Shown: positions 36,860 to 50,683 of the stretch, piece after piece
Layout: every line of letters starts with the position of its first letter
How positions within the stretch are numbered: position 1 is the stretch's first letter
NCBI GenBank assembly: GCA_001179505.1
Contig: CDMY01000435.1
Span: forward strand, 1-64,000
Direction of reading: 5' to 3'
Length of the DNA: 64,000 nucleotides
Source of the DNA: Vitrella brassicaformis CCMP3155
Taxonomy: Eukaryota > Protista > Chromerida
The notes under the pieces: model-generated
What the model was told of the DNA's origin: nothing
Seen by the model: the letters and a program-made list of their open reading frames with translations, nothing else
Databases searched by the model: none
Position numbers and translations under genes: made by a program

Positions 36860-39800
36860 TCAGGACAGCTCGTCATGCTGCAGGCACTCCTTCAGCCCAG
36901 AGACGACACCAGGCACGGAGTGAAGCTCCATCCTTAGCTTTTCTCCATCGAGGTAGTTTGTTTCGTGCACCTCACACTCGCCCGTGTTCTCAAAATAGAA
37001 GAACATTTGGCACATTGCATTGGCCACACATGACTCGGCACACTGTTCGACGGCTGCCATGTCGATAAAAGTGCTCTCACGATTGGCTTTCGGTCTGGCC
37101 AGGTGCTTTCGCAGACCAATGTCGGGCTGGTAGCACCCGCAGAGCACTGGCTGGGATGGAGGGGACAGAGTGACAGCACCACTGCTCTCGTCGCGGGATG
37201 AGACGACCATCGGCACTGGTTCAACATAGACAGAGAGACACAAACAGCATTCTATTCTATGTGTTATGGCAGGCGGCCCACCTTTTAGAGCCTTCGACCC
37301 TCTGAGAAGTTCTCTATCGCCCTTGATGGGCACCACTCGCACATACAAGGCCACGTCGGTCGTATTCCTGTCTGTTGTCAGAGTGACGTTCCTGGCCGCC
37401 ATAGTGTCGATCAGCTCCTGCAGTGATATGATTTCCTCGAAGGCCTTTTTTGTGCGCTCGATCAGGTGCCGGCTGAGAAGAACTTCAATCATGTCAGCTC
37501 CGATGTGCAAGCGCCATTTGGTGATGCCTGGTGGGCAGAGGGACATGTACGCATGTGAGTCTATATGTGTGCACGATTCATCAAAGCACCTGTCACCCCA
37601 TTGAACGAGAAATGGACGGTCCAGCGCTCAAGGCCCTCAGCAGCCAGCGTATTGGCGTCGCTGCAGAGCAACAGCCTCGGCCGCTCAGCCGAGGATCCCT
37701 CCCAGTGGTGCAGGTGGCCTCGTTGGGCTCTAAAGCCCTCGAACTCCCGGACTATGCGGGGCTCCTCTTCGTATGTCACTTCGGTGAAGAATGGCCCCGA
37801 CCAACCCCAGGCAATCAGAACGGTTGGAGGTTCATTTCTGCGATCCGAACAAATCAGAGAGATGCCGTCAATTCCATGAGGACGCCTCAAATCCTACTTC
37901 CCGTTGTCGACCATTTGGACCCCACCACAGCAGGCACTGCTCAGGCTGCAGAATAGAAGCAAGCGCATTCTGTCCTCTTCGCTTCGCGCTGATTACTTAG
38001 TGGGGTGCGTGAAGGACCAGACTTTGGTGGCTGTCATATTCTCGAGGTCCAATTGCAGCTCCAGTGCTCGTGACGGCCTCCCTGTACCGGCGCGAAACAT
38101 ATTACCTACACGGCGCTAGCAATTACCCACCTGCACTGAATGGCCCCTTCCGCCCGTTGTCATACCTACACATTCCTCACAGAAACACACAATTATCTCT
38201 GTCTGTCTGTCTATCTGTCTGTCTGTCTGTCTGTCTACATGAGAATGTTGCCGTTCGGCAGCTGCTGAGCATTGTGTTGTCCCAAGAAGGGCGGATCCAT
38301 GTCTTCGCCGATGAATGTGAAGTCACTGCGATAAATATGCAGACGTACGTGAGTAAATGTTGACCCGCGGACACGAGTACCTTGTTTTGCCACCCATGCG
38401 CCACAAAATCCTGCCCGTCTTCCCGCTCAGCAACACCAGCTGGTTGCAGTTCCGCATTGTGATGAGTATGTTGCCTGCATTCTTCCAAGCGCGATGGACA
38501 GATGCAGTACTGGCCTGCGCTGCTGCGACGTACCGTCTGCCGTCCGCTCAGCGTTGTTCGCGTGATAAAAATCGTTTGGAAGGTCAGTCTCTTCGGGTAT
38601 TGCGGGATCAGCTTCGTCTATAAAGTCATCAATTGTCCTCCACTCCAATAGCACATTTCTGCGACAGCAATTGCAAAACCTTGTATCCTTTCCTCCCGTC
38701 ACATGCAGCAATGCCAACCGGGCAGCATCTAAGACATGCAGCACTGCAGAAAACCCAAAAGAAAGAATGGGCGTGCAGGGTGGCGTTACTCAACGATGTT
38801 TCTCTCACTGACCGTAATGTTGGATCCCATTTATCTCCGTGGGAGACATAAGTATTTTATTGTCGCCGTCAAAGAAGAGAAAATGAAGGTCCACGTGTAG
38901 ATAGCCGTGACCTGCTTGCGCATAATGAATGAGTCTTCATATCATCCGTGGACAGATTCCACGCACCCGGTTCGTGTCTATCGACGATCTGATAGGTCGA
39001 GTTGAGCTCATACACAAAACGGGCGCTGTCGTTTGTCCTCTTGTCCCAAAGCACCACATGGCCACTCGGTGTCGCCCCCAACATGCAGGCCCCGCCGCCA
39101 GACCTCCGAGTCCACCACACCAGATCTCCCTGTACCAGATACACGAGTGTCAGTGTATGTGAAATGTACTTGAGTTTCTGTGTACGTCCATACCTCGCGC
39201 GAAACGATCATAAACTGACCGGTCTCCCCATTCCCCATCTCCCACCCAGTAGTAAACAAGTAGAGCTCTTTACTAGCACCAATTTCCTTGTTTCTCCCGC
39301 CTAAGGCCGCCTTCTCCCCCTCCGATGATGGCCTCCACTTTGCGGCCCATCTGGGCAAAGTGCGGTAGCGATCCATTGGCAACGAGTTTCTGAGCATGTC
39401 CTCTTCATTGTGTTGATCTAAAGGCAGGAGCGATCTCACGGAGTGCCCGAGGCGGCCCGGTGGCCCGGGACGGAGAAAGTCAGACGATAACGTCGACATT
39501 GCTTGTACGCTCGTCGCCACGGACTCCCCTCGCGTAAGAAAGGTCCATTCGTAGGGGCTTGTCTCATGTTCAGTGAGATTCTCAGAGCGCCGAACGAGGA
39601 GGCCGGGACCGAACTTGACACTGACCTTCTCCCCTGGGGCGAATGGCTGATCTGCATGGAACACTAGTGTCTTGTTGTCCCGACCTAATACAGCTCTCCC
39701 CGTCACACGCCCGGTCTTGTCGCCAGTCACGTTGAAGAGGCTGTCCAGGTTGCCCGAGATGACCTCGTCGCCCTCCCTGACGGCAATGGACGTCACCTCC

Positions 39801-39967
39801 GACACGTACAGGGCATTCGGCCGTGGGTGCAAGTATTCATACTGACCATCTCCATACGGCCTAACGGCTCCCTCCACAATGAAGCGCTTCCGATCCAATT
39901 CGATTGAGCTTCGAGAGGAGGCAGCACCGCAGAAGGCGAGCGCAGACAGGAGTGTATACAAGCACAT
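36860..39967 (-). CDS. Secreted arylsulfotransferase (ASST)-like protein with N-terminal Ig-like domain and C-terminal PAN/apple domain (paralogue A)
   Basis: Signal peptide MCLYTLLSALAFCGAAS; Ig-like LVFHADQPFAPGEKVSV; DFYHANN; VLIAWGWSG; HFSFNGVT; PAN-like CAESCVANAMCQMFFYFENTGECEV. Confidence 0.75.
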
Positions 39968-40606
39968 ACTGTCAGTTTGATAAGTGACAGATCCCGAGAT
40001 TAGCGCCGGATTAACATTTCCATTTCTGCACGTTTCACTGGCGGTTTTCTCATGGGGTTGACAAGTCTGGCGATCACTTCTACGTGTGTCACACACCGGT
40101 CGTGAGCGGGTCACGCCACACAAGAACATGCGCAACTTGTTTGTTCGCATCCTGGCTGAGGCAATTGTTCCTTCCAATGTGGAGGTGCCCCTGCACTCGG
40201 CATCATCCCGCCCACCACGCGCACACGGACTCGCACTACGTTACAGCGCACCTGGGTATACGACTTGTCTGCCCACACCTTGGTCCCCTGAGGCACTCAG
40301 TCAGCTAGCCGACACCCTTGCTGAAACGCCACTCATTCCTTGGAAGATCCCCCAGGGGATAAGTGAATGATGACCTTCCGTCCTTATCAATTGCAAGTCT
40401 GTGGCACACCACCCCACCTGCCCTGGCTTCAGATCCACCCCGCGCAACCAAATCCTCCCGAGACACGATTTAAGTTCCGATACACAACTTTGAGAAATGT
40501 ATGGAACTGCTTGCAGGAGATACTTTACACAAAGCGCAACGGCAGTACATAGGGAAGTTGTCCGATACCATGAGACACGATGCATGAGACGAAATAGCGG
40601 ACCCTC

Positions 40607-43600
40607 ATGTTACGTCGGAGAATGACATCTGGTGACTTCGTTGACCTTTGTGTCGTCCTGGTTGTGGTCTCCTTTAGTCGTTCCAAAGCAGCGGGTTCCC
40701 ATCGAGCAGTTGTTGAAAGACGCCTGCTTGACGGCAAACGCTTCATTGCAGAAAATGACACCCGTCCGTACGGCAGCGGCCAGTATGAGTACTTGCACCC
40801 ACGGCCGAATGCACTGCACGTGTCTGAACTCACGTCAATTGCCGTCAGGTAAGCGGTAAGCTTCACAGCAGATCGCACAGACACTGTGAATTCTGTTCTG
40901 TGTGGCTGACGCAGAGAGGGGCGTGGGGTTGTCAACGAGCCCGATGAACTGAGGGATCTTTTCACGGTATGTGACGGGACGATTGATGGAAGGGTGGTAT
41001 TGGCGCTTGACAACAAGACTGTCATCTTCGTCCCGACAAGGCCCTTCCTTCCTGACCAGCGAGTCAACGTGACGTTCCGTGCGGGACTAAGAGTGCGAGT
41101 TGACGCCCTCACAAGCCTTGCAATAGGGGCGTACCAGTGGAGCTTTACGGTACGTGGCCCTTCCGGGGTGCCAATGTCGCTGCCCAACTTGGACAATGAC
41201 GTGCGTGAGAACGCCGCTGGTGATACCACGCAGCGTCCGCGAACGTTGCCTCGCTGGGCAGATGCTGTTGAATGTCACGGAGTCGATGGGGAATGTGCCG
41301 AGGACGGTTTGCACTTTTTTTTCAGCTCCTTTGAAAAAGGTCAGCTACACATCCTTTCGTCGACTGGACATCGTGTTTGGTGGAGTCAAAGGAGGCTCAG
41401 AGCAGTCTCAGACTTTCGGAAGCAGCCGTCCGGTTCATTGACATTTACAATCCGGGATGGCGGCATTTGGATTGCCCAAGAACTCGGACCAGGATACGAA
41501 GAGATCAAGAAATACACAGCGGGTGAGCAGCTCAATTCCTGCCACTGATTACAATTGCACATGCGTGACTCTCAGGGCACGGCTACAGCTTGAACCGACA
41601 CTTCTTCGAGGTCTATGAAGACGGGAGTCATCTGCTTACAATCTATACTCCAATAAATGGCAAGGTTGAGAATGTCTTGCAGCTGAAAGACGCTGACGGT
41701 TAGTGAGCAAGTCTCAACAAAGGCAAGGCATCCTCACATTCAGTGGCTGATTGGCACACCTTCATTGTCTGTAACGCGCTCTCTCTCTCTCTCCCTCCCT
41801 CCATCCCTCCCTCTCTCCAGGGAATGTCCTGCTCGAATGGTAAGTAAGAGTGAAGAGGTATGTGAAAAAGGCATGTTGTGTGTCCTTCCGTTTTCAAGGC
41901 GCTCATGCGATGACTTCGGTACACTATGTTGTGGGTAATCGCTGGCCATTGTGATTATTTATGCAGTGGGAGCATCTGATCCGGCGCTTGCAGACAAAGG
42001 CGATGTAGGTGCTTAGATACGGCTTTTTTCACTGCGTGGATGTTCTCTCTATCTGCCCTTGCAGGTCTATCATACGAATTCAGCGGGTGAGCTCGACAGG
42101 TTCAAATACCCTGCTCTGTTGCCCATATGACCTTTCGATCCTGACAGAGCGGACACCTGATGGTGAGTAGGAAAGGCCACCGAAAATGAACCGGCCAGCA
42201 GCCTGACGATTTCCGAAACACAGGCAATTACATCGTATCCATGAGACATGCGAACCTCGTTTTCCTTGTAAGTGGGAGGACTGGAAGGATCCTATGGCGC
42301 CTGGGCGGCGGAGAAACAAGGTCTAACGTGAAAGAAACGCACATCTGTGGCACGGAAATAGAGGGTATAAACGGTGTACAGCGACTTCACGGTCGTCGAC
42401 AAGAACGTTGAGGACAAGAACTCAAGGGATGACCCGCCCTTCATCGGACAGCACAGGCCATATCAGGTGAGAATGGCGACACGCTTGTCCTTGCTCCTTT
42501 TACGTTGAGTGGGATTTTGTGCAGCTGCCGAATGGGAATATCTTGATGTACGTGCGAAGCTGCTGCACTGAAAAGAGCAAGGACTCACTCATCTGATTGC
42601 ACAATCCATGTCAGGCTTGACAATCAGTGGGTTCCAGGCGAGGGTAAGAGTGACTCTTCAGAGCTCAATACTTGTGGACTCGCCTCACTCACCCTTGCAG
42701 AAGTGAACAACAACTTTACCTCAATGGGAAGCCGGCCGTACGCCCGAGCAGTGGAGTGGGAGCTCGATATCGAGGCAAAGACGGCAGTCAACGTGTGGCA
42801 ATACGCACACCCTGGAAGGAGGTATCTTCCTACTGTTTTCCTCATGCCTATAAAAGCAATTGTCTGCAGGCCTTCCGTCTGCTGTGGAGGGGTCCAGATG
42901 ATAGACCATGAGTAAAAAAGGGGGAAGGCGAAGTGAGAAATACAATGAATGCAATATATACTTCAGGTCTGGCCAACCAAGCGTGTTGATCTCTTGGGGA
43001 ATCGGAGGACCCCTCGCTACGGAAATAACGTACGAGGAGAATGCACGTATCGTCCGTGAATTCACGAGCTTGGATATGAGAGGACATCGGGTGAGGAAAA
43101 GTTGGGACATTTAACATCACGTCGTGTCTGTGTCTGTTTCCCTTTAACGCTCAGACCTTTTTGGTCCCATTCTCGGGCCGCTCGACAAACCCCCCTCGCT
43201 TGCTTCTGTGCAGCGATTATGCAAAGGCCCCGGACACGAGCGCCCAGCTAGAAGACTGGAGTATGCGCAGCAGTGACAGATGGCTGGCAACGGATGCATT
43301 TTCGCTCTGCTTTACTTGCAGCGATACACATGTCGTACAACGGGGTGACAGACATTGCGAAATGGCTTGTGTACGTGAGTACTGCTCGAGATCCAAAACA
43401 ACCAGGCCGCTATGTAATGGACAAGACAAAGAGCGCATTCGAAGAGGTTATCACATTGCGTGAGCTTATCAATGCCATGGCGGCGAAGAATGTCACCGTG
43501 ACTGACGGTGCCGGCGGTTGGACGGTGGGAGATGCAGACATCACCTTCCCCCCTGGTGGTGAAGACGGCTCAACTCAATTGACCATTTACGTGCAAGTGC

Positions 43601-44080
43601 TCCCTGTGACACACGGGGCCGTCGAACTCGACAAGCAGTCAAAACCACTCAAAGGTAGAGAAGCCTATTCGCTTCGCTTTCACGTGGTAGGTAGCGTGGG
43701 TCTGTCTGTCTGTCTGTCTGCCACTAGTTCCATTGAGTGTGGTTAGGACCGAGAACGGCACAGTCGTTCTTAGCCCGCCACCCTATTCGGTGCTGTGCGG
43801 CTGCTATGAACCGGATATTGGGAAGGGTGGAGAAGACCTGGAAGAGGTGATCAAAGACATCAGCCTTCGAGCGCTGCAGCCCACTGGTGTCGTCAACATG
43901 GCAGCTGTGGTCCTTTGCCAAAACCTCTGTGCGGCGGAGGACGAGTGTGACATGTTTTCCTACCTGGAGGAGTCTGAAAGCTGCCAGCTGAGGCGCACTA
44001 GCGAATTCGAGCAAGGTTTCCCATACCCTCGGCGGCGGTCGGTGTCAGGTGTCATTTCTGGTCCTAAGCGATGTACATAG
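40607..44080 (+). CDS. Secreted arylsulfotransferase (ASST)-like protein with Ig-like and PAN/apple domains (paralogue B)
   Basis: RPYGSGQYEYLHPRPNAL is near-identical to paralogue A. Also DVYHTNSA, GQHRP, RAVEWELDIEAKTAVNVWQY, VLISWGIGG, MSYNGVTDIAKW, and PAN-like CQNLCAAEDECDMFSYLEESESCQL. Confidence 0.75.
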
Positions 44081-44179
44081 ATCAGCCACGAATTAGGTGC
44101 TAGCCCCACATACTTCATGTGTACTAGCCCCAGTGGCGCCCGTCGTATCGCTCAGCGGCCGGCGGGGCGCCGCATAGAC

Positions 44180-44227
44180 AGCCGGGCAGAGATGAGGGGA
44201 TGGGGAGCCGGGCAGAGATGAGGGGAT
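44180..44227. repeat. 22-bp direct repeat with 26-bp period
   Basis: agccgggcagagatgaggggat at 44180-44201 and 44206-44227. Confidence 0.9.
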
Positions 44228-44987
44228 TGCCAGAGTGTACATGTCCATATGGTTGACGAGTTGTGCATGACAAGCACCAGTGATGGATAGACAGACATGC
44301 ATGCGCTATTTGTCAACAATCCGCATTTTTGTGTATGGACTTGATCTGTGTTCGTCCGCGATAAAGCATCCTATTGATTGTGAATTTCGCACTGTGGAGG
44401 CAGTCGACCGGCTACAGACATGGATGAGTATGAAAGAGGTCTCGATCGAGACAAAAGCGAGCAAAAACCCGACGAGCGAATGCACTGATTCAATTGGTCA
44501 GTCACGAATCGGTCCATCAATGATCCGTCACAGATTCGTGGTACCCTGACGAGACCGAGCAGCCCTGTGGTGGGGATTTTCACTTCGCAGTCACGGGTGT
44601 GCATGTGCGTTGAGTGCAGCACAAAGGCGAGGTGAGGGACATGATCTACCTGCACAAGAGGAGCAGCTCAACTCCCAACATCGCCCATTTCACCCCGGGG
44701 GCCAAGCAAGTGGCGGACATACGGGCCGCCACAGACAGTGCAGAGGGGCTGCTGCAGGAGAGGGTGAAGCCTGCAGCAGTGTCTGTAGGCCTACGCCCGT
44801 ACTTGATAGGGAGAGGGTGAGTGCATGCTGTGTCTCACAGTATTTAAGAGTGATATAGCAGTCGGTCAGCTGTGCTCGGCACCCTTCGTACTGTGTGAGC
44901 AGACTGAGCACACTACTGGCAACACGACCTCCCTCATTCATGATAGCGGGAGAGGCGACATGGGACAGGGTTTCCGAAGGTTCACGC

Positions 44988-46568
44988 TCAGGGCAATCGG
45001 AGTTCTGTTTGGTTTTTTCTCCACGCACACAAATCAAGCACCACATCCAGTTGCGATTCCCAGTCGAGGTTTCTTCCTGAATTATCTGCGATGTCATAGT
45101 ATCTCTCGAGGTCTCTGAAAATATCCATCTTGTCGAGACCCTCTCCCGAGGAGTTCGGCGACCGTGTACCATGCCGACGGGAGTCCAAGACGTACTGCCA
45201 ATGGACGGGGGAATACTCGAACGCTAGGGTCGCGGGTAGCTCTGTCCTTGTGGCTTTACACAGTGCAAAGAGCTCTCGTATTGCCGCCGGCTCGCAACCC
45301 TGGCAGTCCATCTTGAACAAAGGACACACGCACCGCACTACACGTATTTCCGTGTGCCTGTCCGTCACGCTTACCTTCACGAAATTGAAGGCAGCATTTG
45401 GCTGTTCATTCTTCCCCCGATGAATGTTGAATGACGTAGACATAGCTTTGTTCAAATATTGCTGATCGGTCGATGGGGCGAGAAACCACCGAAGAGGTAG
45501 CGACCAAACATCAAAGGACTGATAGTTTCCTCCGACAACTCCTTCCAGTGGTTGTGCTGCAGCACAATGACTGAAATTGCCCTGAGAGCCACGATGGAGC
45601 CAGCAGTGTCACGCTACCTGTCAAGCTCGATTGCGACTGCTTCGGGTCCGCGTTTGCCTTCGGGACAACCACGGTGTTGCCTGCGTTACCTGCCTGGCAA
45701 TGCGCCACAGATTCCTCAGTGTGGTCGCTGGCAGCAAACGGATAGAGCTGCACCCTCTCCGCCAGCTGCACGCATACGCAGACGGGAGACAGGAACGGCT
45801 AGCTTTCTAACATTTTTCCATCATCGTCGAATAACAAAAAAGACTTACTTGAGGGTTCAGGCGCAGATTTTGCGCAAGCATCGCGAAGTTCTTGGGCAGC
45901 GGCTCGAAGACAGTAACCTCGCAGTCGATGGCAGCGAAGGCCAGGGTGCAGGCTCCGATGTTACCCCCTATCTCAAGGACGCGGGGCCGCGCCGGCAGAG
46001 CAGGGTATCTCTGTCTCATTCTCTCCACGTTGCTCAAGTGAGCGATACAATCACGCCAGAATCCGTCCTGTTTTTGATAACCAGGCCAGGAATGTTGTGG
46101 TATTCATTTTCCCACCCACAAAACCTGGGAAATCGTGGAGCCCACTTCATCTGGCTCACTCCAGATCCTGCACGAAGGAATTCACTCTGAATCAGGACAG
46201 GTCTGAGAGATCGTTCTCACAGAAACGGAAACTCGTGGTTCCATGGTTCGGGCAAGCGGTACATGACTTGTTTGACCTGTGATGTACATGGAGATCACAC
46301 TAGTACGTCGAAAGTATTGATATTGCACCTGCGGAGGGCTCTCGACGACCTTGGAGAAACCCGTGAAGACGTCAGCCCATGCTTCCACAAGCATTCGTTG
46401 TTCGGTGCTACTCGCTTGATTCAATTCTGGCTGACGTTGTCCAGCGGAAGGTCCACGAAGCAGGTTTCTCGAAATGGAAACGATTGAGACCGGGTGGTGG
46501 TATACAACAAGCACGGTACAAACACCGAGCACAAGGAGGAAGACACGTGAAAAATGGAGGCTCTCCAT
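44988..46568 (-). CDS. FkbM-family SAM methyltransferase, type II membrane
   Basis: TM anchor RVFLLVLGVCTVLVVY; VLEIGGNIGACTLAFA, VTVFEPLPKNFAML, YPFAASD, KMDCQGCE. Confidence 0.85.
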
Positions 46569-46949
46569 TTTCTCTGCCGTAAGTGTATGTCGCAGGGACG
46601 AAAAAATGGGACAAAAATGAGAGGGAATAACATCCGTGACATGAAATAAAATCTCAAGTAATGGAATACATGCTTCACCTACTCAGTCGTGGAAGAAGCC
46701 CATGAAATCAACTCAACAGTCAACTCAACAATCAAGTGAAGTTGCGTCGAATAGGTTACACATTGTCGCGCCTATTTTAACTCGGCACCTGATAATGACA
46801 TTGTGCGACCGGCTTGCCTGCGCCGATGAGATTCCTTTGTTGGGCGATTCTCAACCTTTGCAGATGATTAGTCTCAGTACCCAGTCTGCCGCGACTCACC
46901 AGACGAAAGTCGGAACACGAAAAGTCCCCCTCGCCAGCCTCGCATAGTC

Positions 46950-47600
46950 ATGCCCGGAGCAGCCATCGACGCTTTGGGGGATCACTTCTTCCTCTGCAGC
47001 CGCGCGACGGCGGAGCGCGTGGTCAAGCACAACACTCTGCTGGACGTCTTCAAGGCCATCCTTGCGGAGGTGGGCATCACGGCTGTCACAGAAGTGCCCC
47101 TGCGCTCTCTCGACATCACCCCGCCCAAACGCCCAGCCCAACAGCCAGTGCATGGACCCCTTCTTCCCCATCGACGGCCAAGGTATTCTGTGCGACGTCA
47201 CAGTGGTCCACCCGTGTTGGCCCGAGAACTCCACCGCCCACCACACTCAAGTCAACCGTAGCCATGCACGTCGGCCGGGCGGAATCGCAGCCGCGGGGAA
47301 GGAGCGAGAGAAGGACCGCAAGTACGGTGCCAACTGTCGGCAGAAGGGCTACACGTTCGTGCCCTTGCGGCGGAGACGCTCGGCCGTTGGGGTGAGGAGA
47401 CCCTCACTTTGCTTCGCCGCCTCGCGCGACGCCGTGTCCCACCACCCGCCAGCTCTGCAGAGGATCGTGCGTTTTTTCATGAGGGTGTCATGAATCATTG
47501 GGGGCAGTTTTTGTCGGTGGCGTTGATGCGCTGGAATGCTTTTCAAGTGTCCTGCCGCGCAGCCTGCGACTCACGGAAGTTGACTTACAGGAAACCGATC
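46950..47600 (+). mobile_element. Non-LTR retrotransposon relic: CCHC-type remnant plus restriction-like endonuclease (CRE/NeSL-like), frameshifted
   Basis: DALGDHFFLC...KHNTL, ILCDVTVVHP, EREKDRKYG, FVPL/AETLGRWG, WGQFLSVALMRWNA, spread over three frames. Confidence 0.85.
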
Positions 47601-47720
47601 GTTGAATACCTGGGGAAGACTATGTTTTGGAGGCGCTCGTTTATCCTATTCTATATCACGCCACTGAACACAAGATGCACCATTATTGGCATAATTTCCT
47701 CCAATTCGGAAATCATAACT

Positions 47721-47880
47721 CGTCGGTCTGCGCTTCGCGCATCCCTCGCTCCGCCACCCATGAATCACTCAGACGAACTGGCCTGCCGTCGGCGCTCCGG
47801 ACACCTTCGGTGCCCTCCGCATTGAGTCAACTGTGGCCAGTCGTTGCTCGGCTCGGCCCTTCGTCCCTCGCCTTCGCAAG
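47721..47880 (-). repeat. GAA-loop hairpin repeat, copy 1 (copies 2 and 3 at 58560-58721 and 62501-62660 on +)
   Basis: Three ~160-bp homologous segments share gggcacc-GAA-ggtgtcc and gcgc-GAA-gcgc stems. Confidence 0.9.
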
Positions 47881-47990
47881 TGCATCGGTTGCGTCAAATC
47901 CACGTGAGTGACTTATCATCGCGACGAGCATTATTGTTGTTGTTCACCTCTTTTTTTGTTCAGCGGACGAATCGAATTGTTGAGGGGAAC

Positions 47991-48779
47991 ATGATGTCCC
48001 TGATGCCGGTGTTGGCTGCCATTGTGGTCAGAACAATGGCATCGGCCGCGATATATCCGCAATCCTTCCATGACTTTATGGAGGAGATTGTGAAGCCGGA
48101 TGTCGAAGTCCAGCGTAGCGGGCTTCCTGTACGTGGCCACGAAAAGGCGACGAACCTGTGGCGTTCTCTCAGAGGCTTCCTCTCGCAACTGGGGCGTAAT
48201 CTGCCCTCGCGCGTCTCAGGGAAGGGAGATGAAGCAAAGCCAGCTAAAGATCTGTCTCGTGAGCTCGCGTATGGCCTGTTTGCGAATTCCATGAAGATTA
48301 CTGATGCGTGCGAGGAGCTATCAGCACGCCGAAACTGGACACGCTACGAGCCTCTCCGGGGCGCCAAGTACTTCATCGCAATTAACCTCTTCAACAATGA
48401 GCTGACTCTTGCCGATCTCACTCTTCAACTGCTCAAACTCGTTGACTTTCTCGGCCCGGGGAGCGTCTTTCTATCCATCTATGAGAACGGCAGCTCGGAT
48501 CACACCAAGGAGTATCTGATGAATCTAGACATCCTCCTTGGCCTGTATGGTGTGGCGCATCGCATTGTCATGGAGAACCAAAACAGGCCCGGGGGTGTGC
48601 ATCGCATTGAGTACCTTGCTGCAGTGCGAAACAGAGCCCTGGAACCGTTGGCAGACCTGTTGTGTGTGGTGACTGTTGTGTGTGGTGACATGACCTTGAC
48701 AGGCACATTCATGTATGAATTCAAAAGTGCAGGTTCATTTCAAGCCCATTCGGGAAACCGGCGTCACGACCGCCACTGA
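47991..48779 (+). pseudogene. 3'-truncated GT69 (CAP59/CMT1-like) duplicate
   Basis: KYFIAINLFNNE...FLSIYENGSSDHTK...RIEYLAAVRNRALEPL. Homology to the 57-58 kb gene stops at 48655, before the FLNDV (DxD-equivalent) region. Confidence 0.85.
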
Positions 48780-49244
48780 TTCAACGCAGGAGCTGCAGGT
48801 GGAGTTGGCCAGACGGAGGGAGGCCAATGAGCCAATTTGACCTGCGTTGAGTGCGAAATGTCCGTGGATGACATCCACTCTATCCTTCAGTCCAGTGAAC
48901 ACGTGTTGTGAGTACTGTAGTGAGATGATGTACCAAGACCTCGACCATTCAGCGGAATGTATCTACGGCTTTTGTTTGATGATTGTGCCGTCCATCACTG
49001 GCAAAGGCAGCTGCCCACCACACCAAGACACCATTTCGGGGCGCTTTGCGCGAATCAACGGTCCAATTTGGTCAGACGTAAGTTGTTTGTAAATTTTCTA
49101 ACGTTCGGATTTCGCTGCAAGTCGGCACAGGGATGCGTCGGGTGGGATCCAGAAGGTTTCGAGAGGTCCAAAACGTTGGAAGGCGCGGAATGAGGCAATT
49201 TGTGTTTACGATGGAATGAGATGTGTCCAATGTAATTATACAGG

Positions 49245-49745
49245 TCAATGTTTCCCCGCCCCAAATCTTTTCTCAAGCCCTGCAGTATGGTTTTCGGCGG
49301 CTCTGCCGCTCCTCCGCCTGTCCTTTTGATGTCGATGTCCCTGGCTGCAATGGTTGATGGTCATGATGTTCTCCCGGAATGCGGCGAACTCATCGGCGGG
49401 ACTGGAGGGGGGGCGGGGCTTGCGCTTGGCGAACATCTTGAGAAAGTCCATGGTCTTCTTTCCCCATCTGCCGAATGTCTCCGCGGCGAGGCACAAAGCG
49501 GAAGCCAGCTGCTTGGGCGGTTGGACCATACTTGTCGATCTTGTCTTTCTCCGCAAGCTGAGCCGCCTTGCCACCTGGAAGCTGTGCACCACGCCGATTG
49601 ACTGTCCGGTGGAAGGGAATGGGGGAGTTGTCAGGGCGGCAGGGGCGGGCGATGGTGACGTCGAGCAAGTAGTCACTGCCGTCGATCTCACAGTAGATTT
49701 CCATGCGCTGCCCGTTGGGAAACTGCAGTCTCTTGGCGTATGATC
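49245..49745 (-). mobile_element. Second RLE non-LTR retrotransposon relic, same subfamily as 46950-47600
   Basis: YLLDVTIARP, AEKDKIDKYG, FRFVP/AAETFGRWG with a frameshift. The spacer ...VNRRGAQLPGG parallels ...VNRSHARRPGG. Confidence 0.85.
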
Positions 49746-50683
49746 TGCCTGCAACCACACAAACAGAGAGAGAGAGCGACTGATAATGGCTTAAGGGTCT
49801 CCGCCTCTCTTTCAGGTTTCGATTCCCTATCTTGGCTGCTTTTGACCTCTGCGTGCTGCGTACAGAGTGTGCGTGTAAGCACCACCACACAGAGTGTCCG
49901 TGTCGTGTTATTGTCGCTGGTTGGTTGCTTATTGTTGCTTATTGTGCTTGTCGATGTTTTGCTTATTATGTCCAACGACGAGACTTACGCCAATGCATGC
50001 ACACGACTGACGGGATTTCTACCTGAGGGATACATTCGTATTGCCTGAAACGGCTTACGTTGCTGAAGTAGAGGGTGAGTGTCCTCTGTGGGGTAGTATC
50101 GGTTGGTCACAAATAGAGACGGCTGAGCTGACTCACCAATTCGTGTACTGACTACGGTCTTGGCGGATCATTGAGGTCGACTGGTGTGTGCCTCTGCTTT
50201 CCTGGGTCCCTGCCGTCATCCCGGCCGGCGAACATGTGTGCATTTACATACGCGACGTGCATCGACGCCAATCCTGTTGCACAGGTTTCTGCATGACGAC
50301 TTCGCTGTGCGACGCTTGCGTCTTCTGCTTGTGGGAGTGTGATGGCGTCGAAAATGATGGCGTCTCGTCCTCGATTTCATTCCATCCCCTTCCATGGCCC
50401 TTCTTGTTACGATTGATACTGCGTTGTCGGCAAGCGCTCGTCATTGTAAAGATACGAATTGTCAAGGAACAGACTAACAGACTAAGTGCCTGACTGACTG
50501 AAGAGATTGTACTCTGCTTTCTCGGTATGCCGACCGACCGAGAGACACATTCACCCTATCTTATCTAGGCCAGTAGTCTTTGCCTATACCGGAAGCATTC
50601 GGCACGTCTTCATCTCGTCTAAAATATTCATGAGCCTGAGGCACACAGGCCACTCCGAGACGGAAGTCACTGCATAACAGTAG

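Noticed and set aside
44280-44860. Glycosyltransferase fragment (VRDMIYLHKR...IAHFTPG)
   Set aside because: Too short, with no diagnostic motif and no consistent exon chain.
46950-49745. TSDs around the first two RLE relics
   Set aside because: No convincing flanking direct repeats found by eye; the boundaries are decayed.
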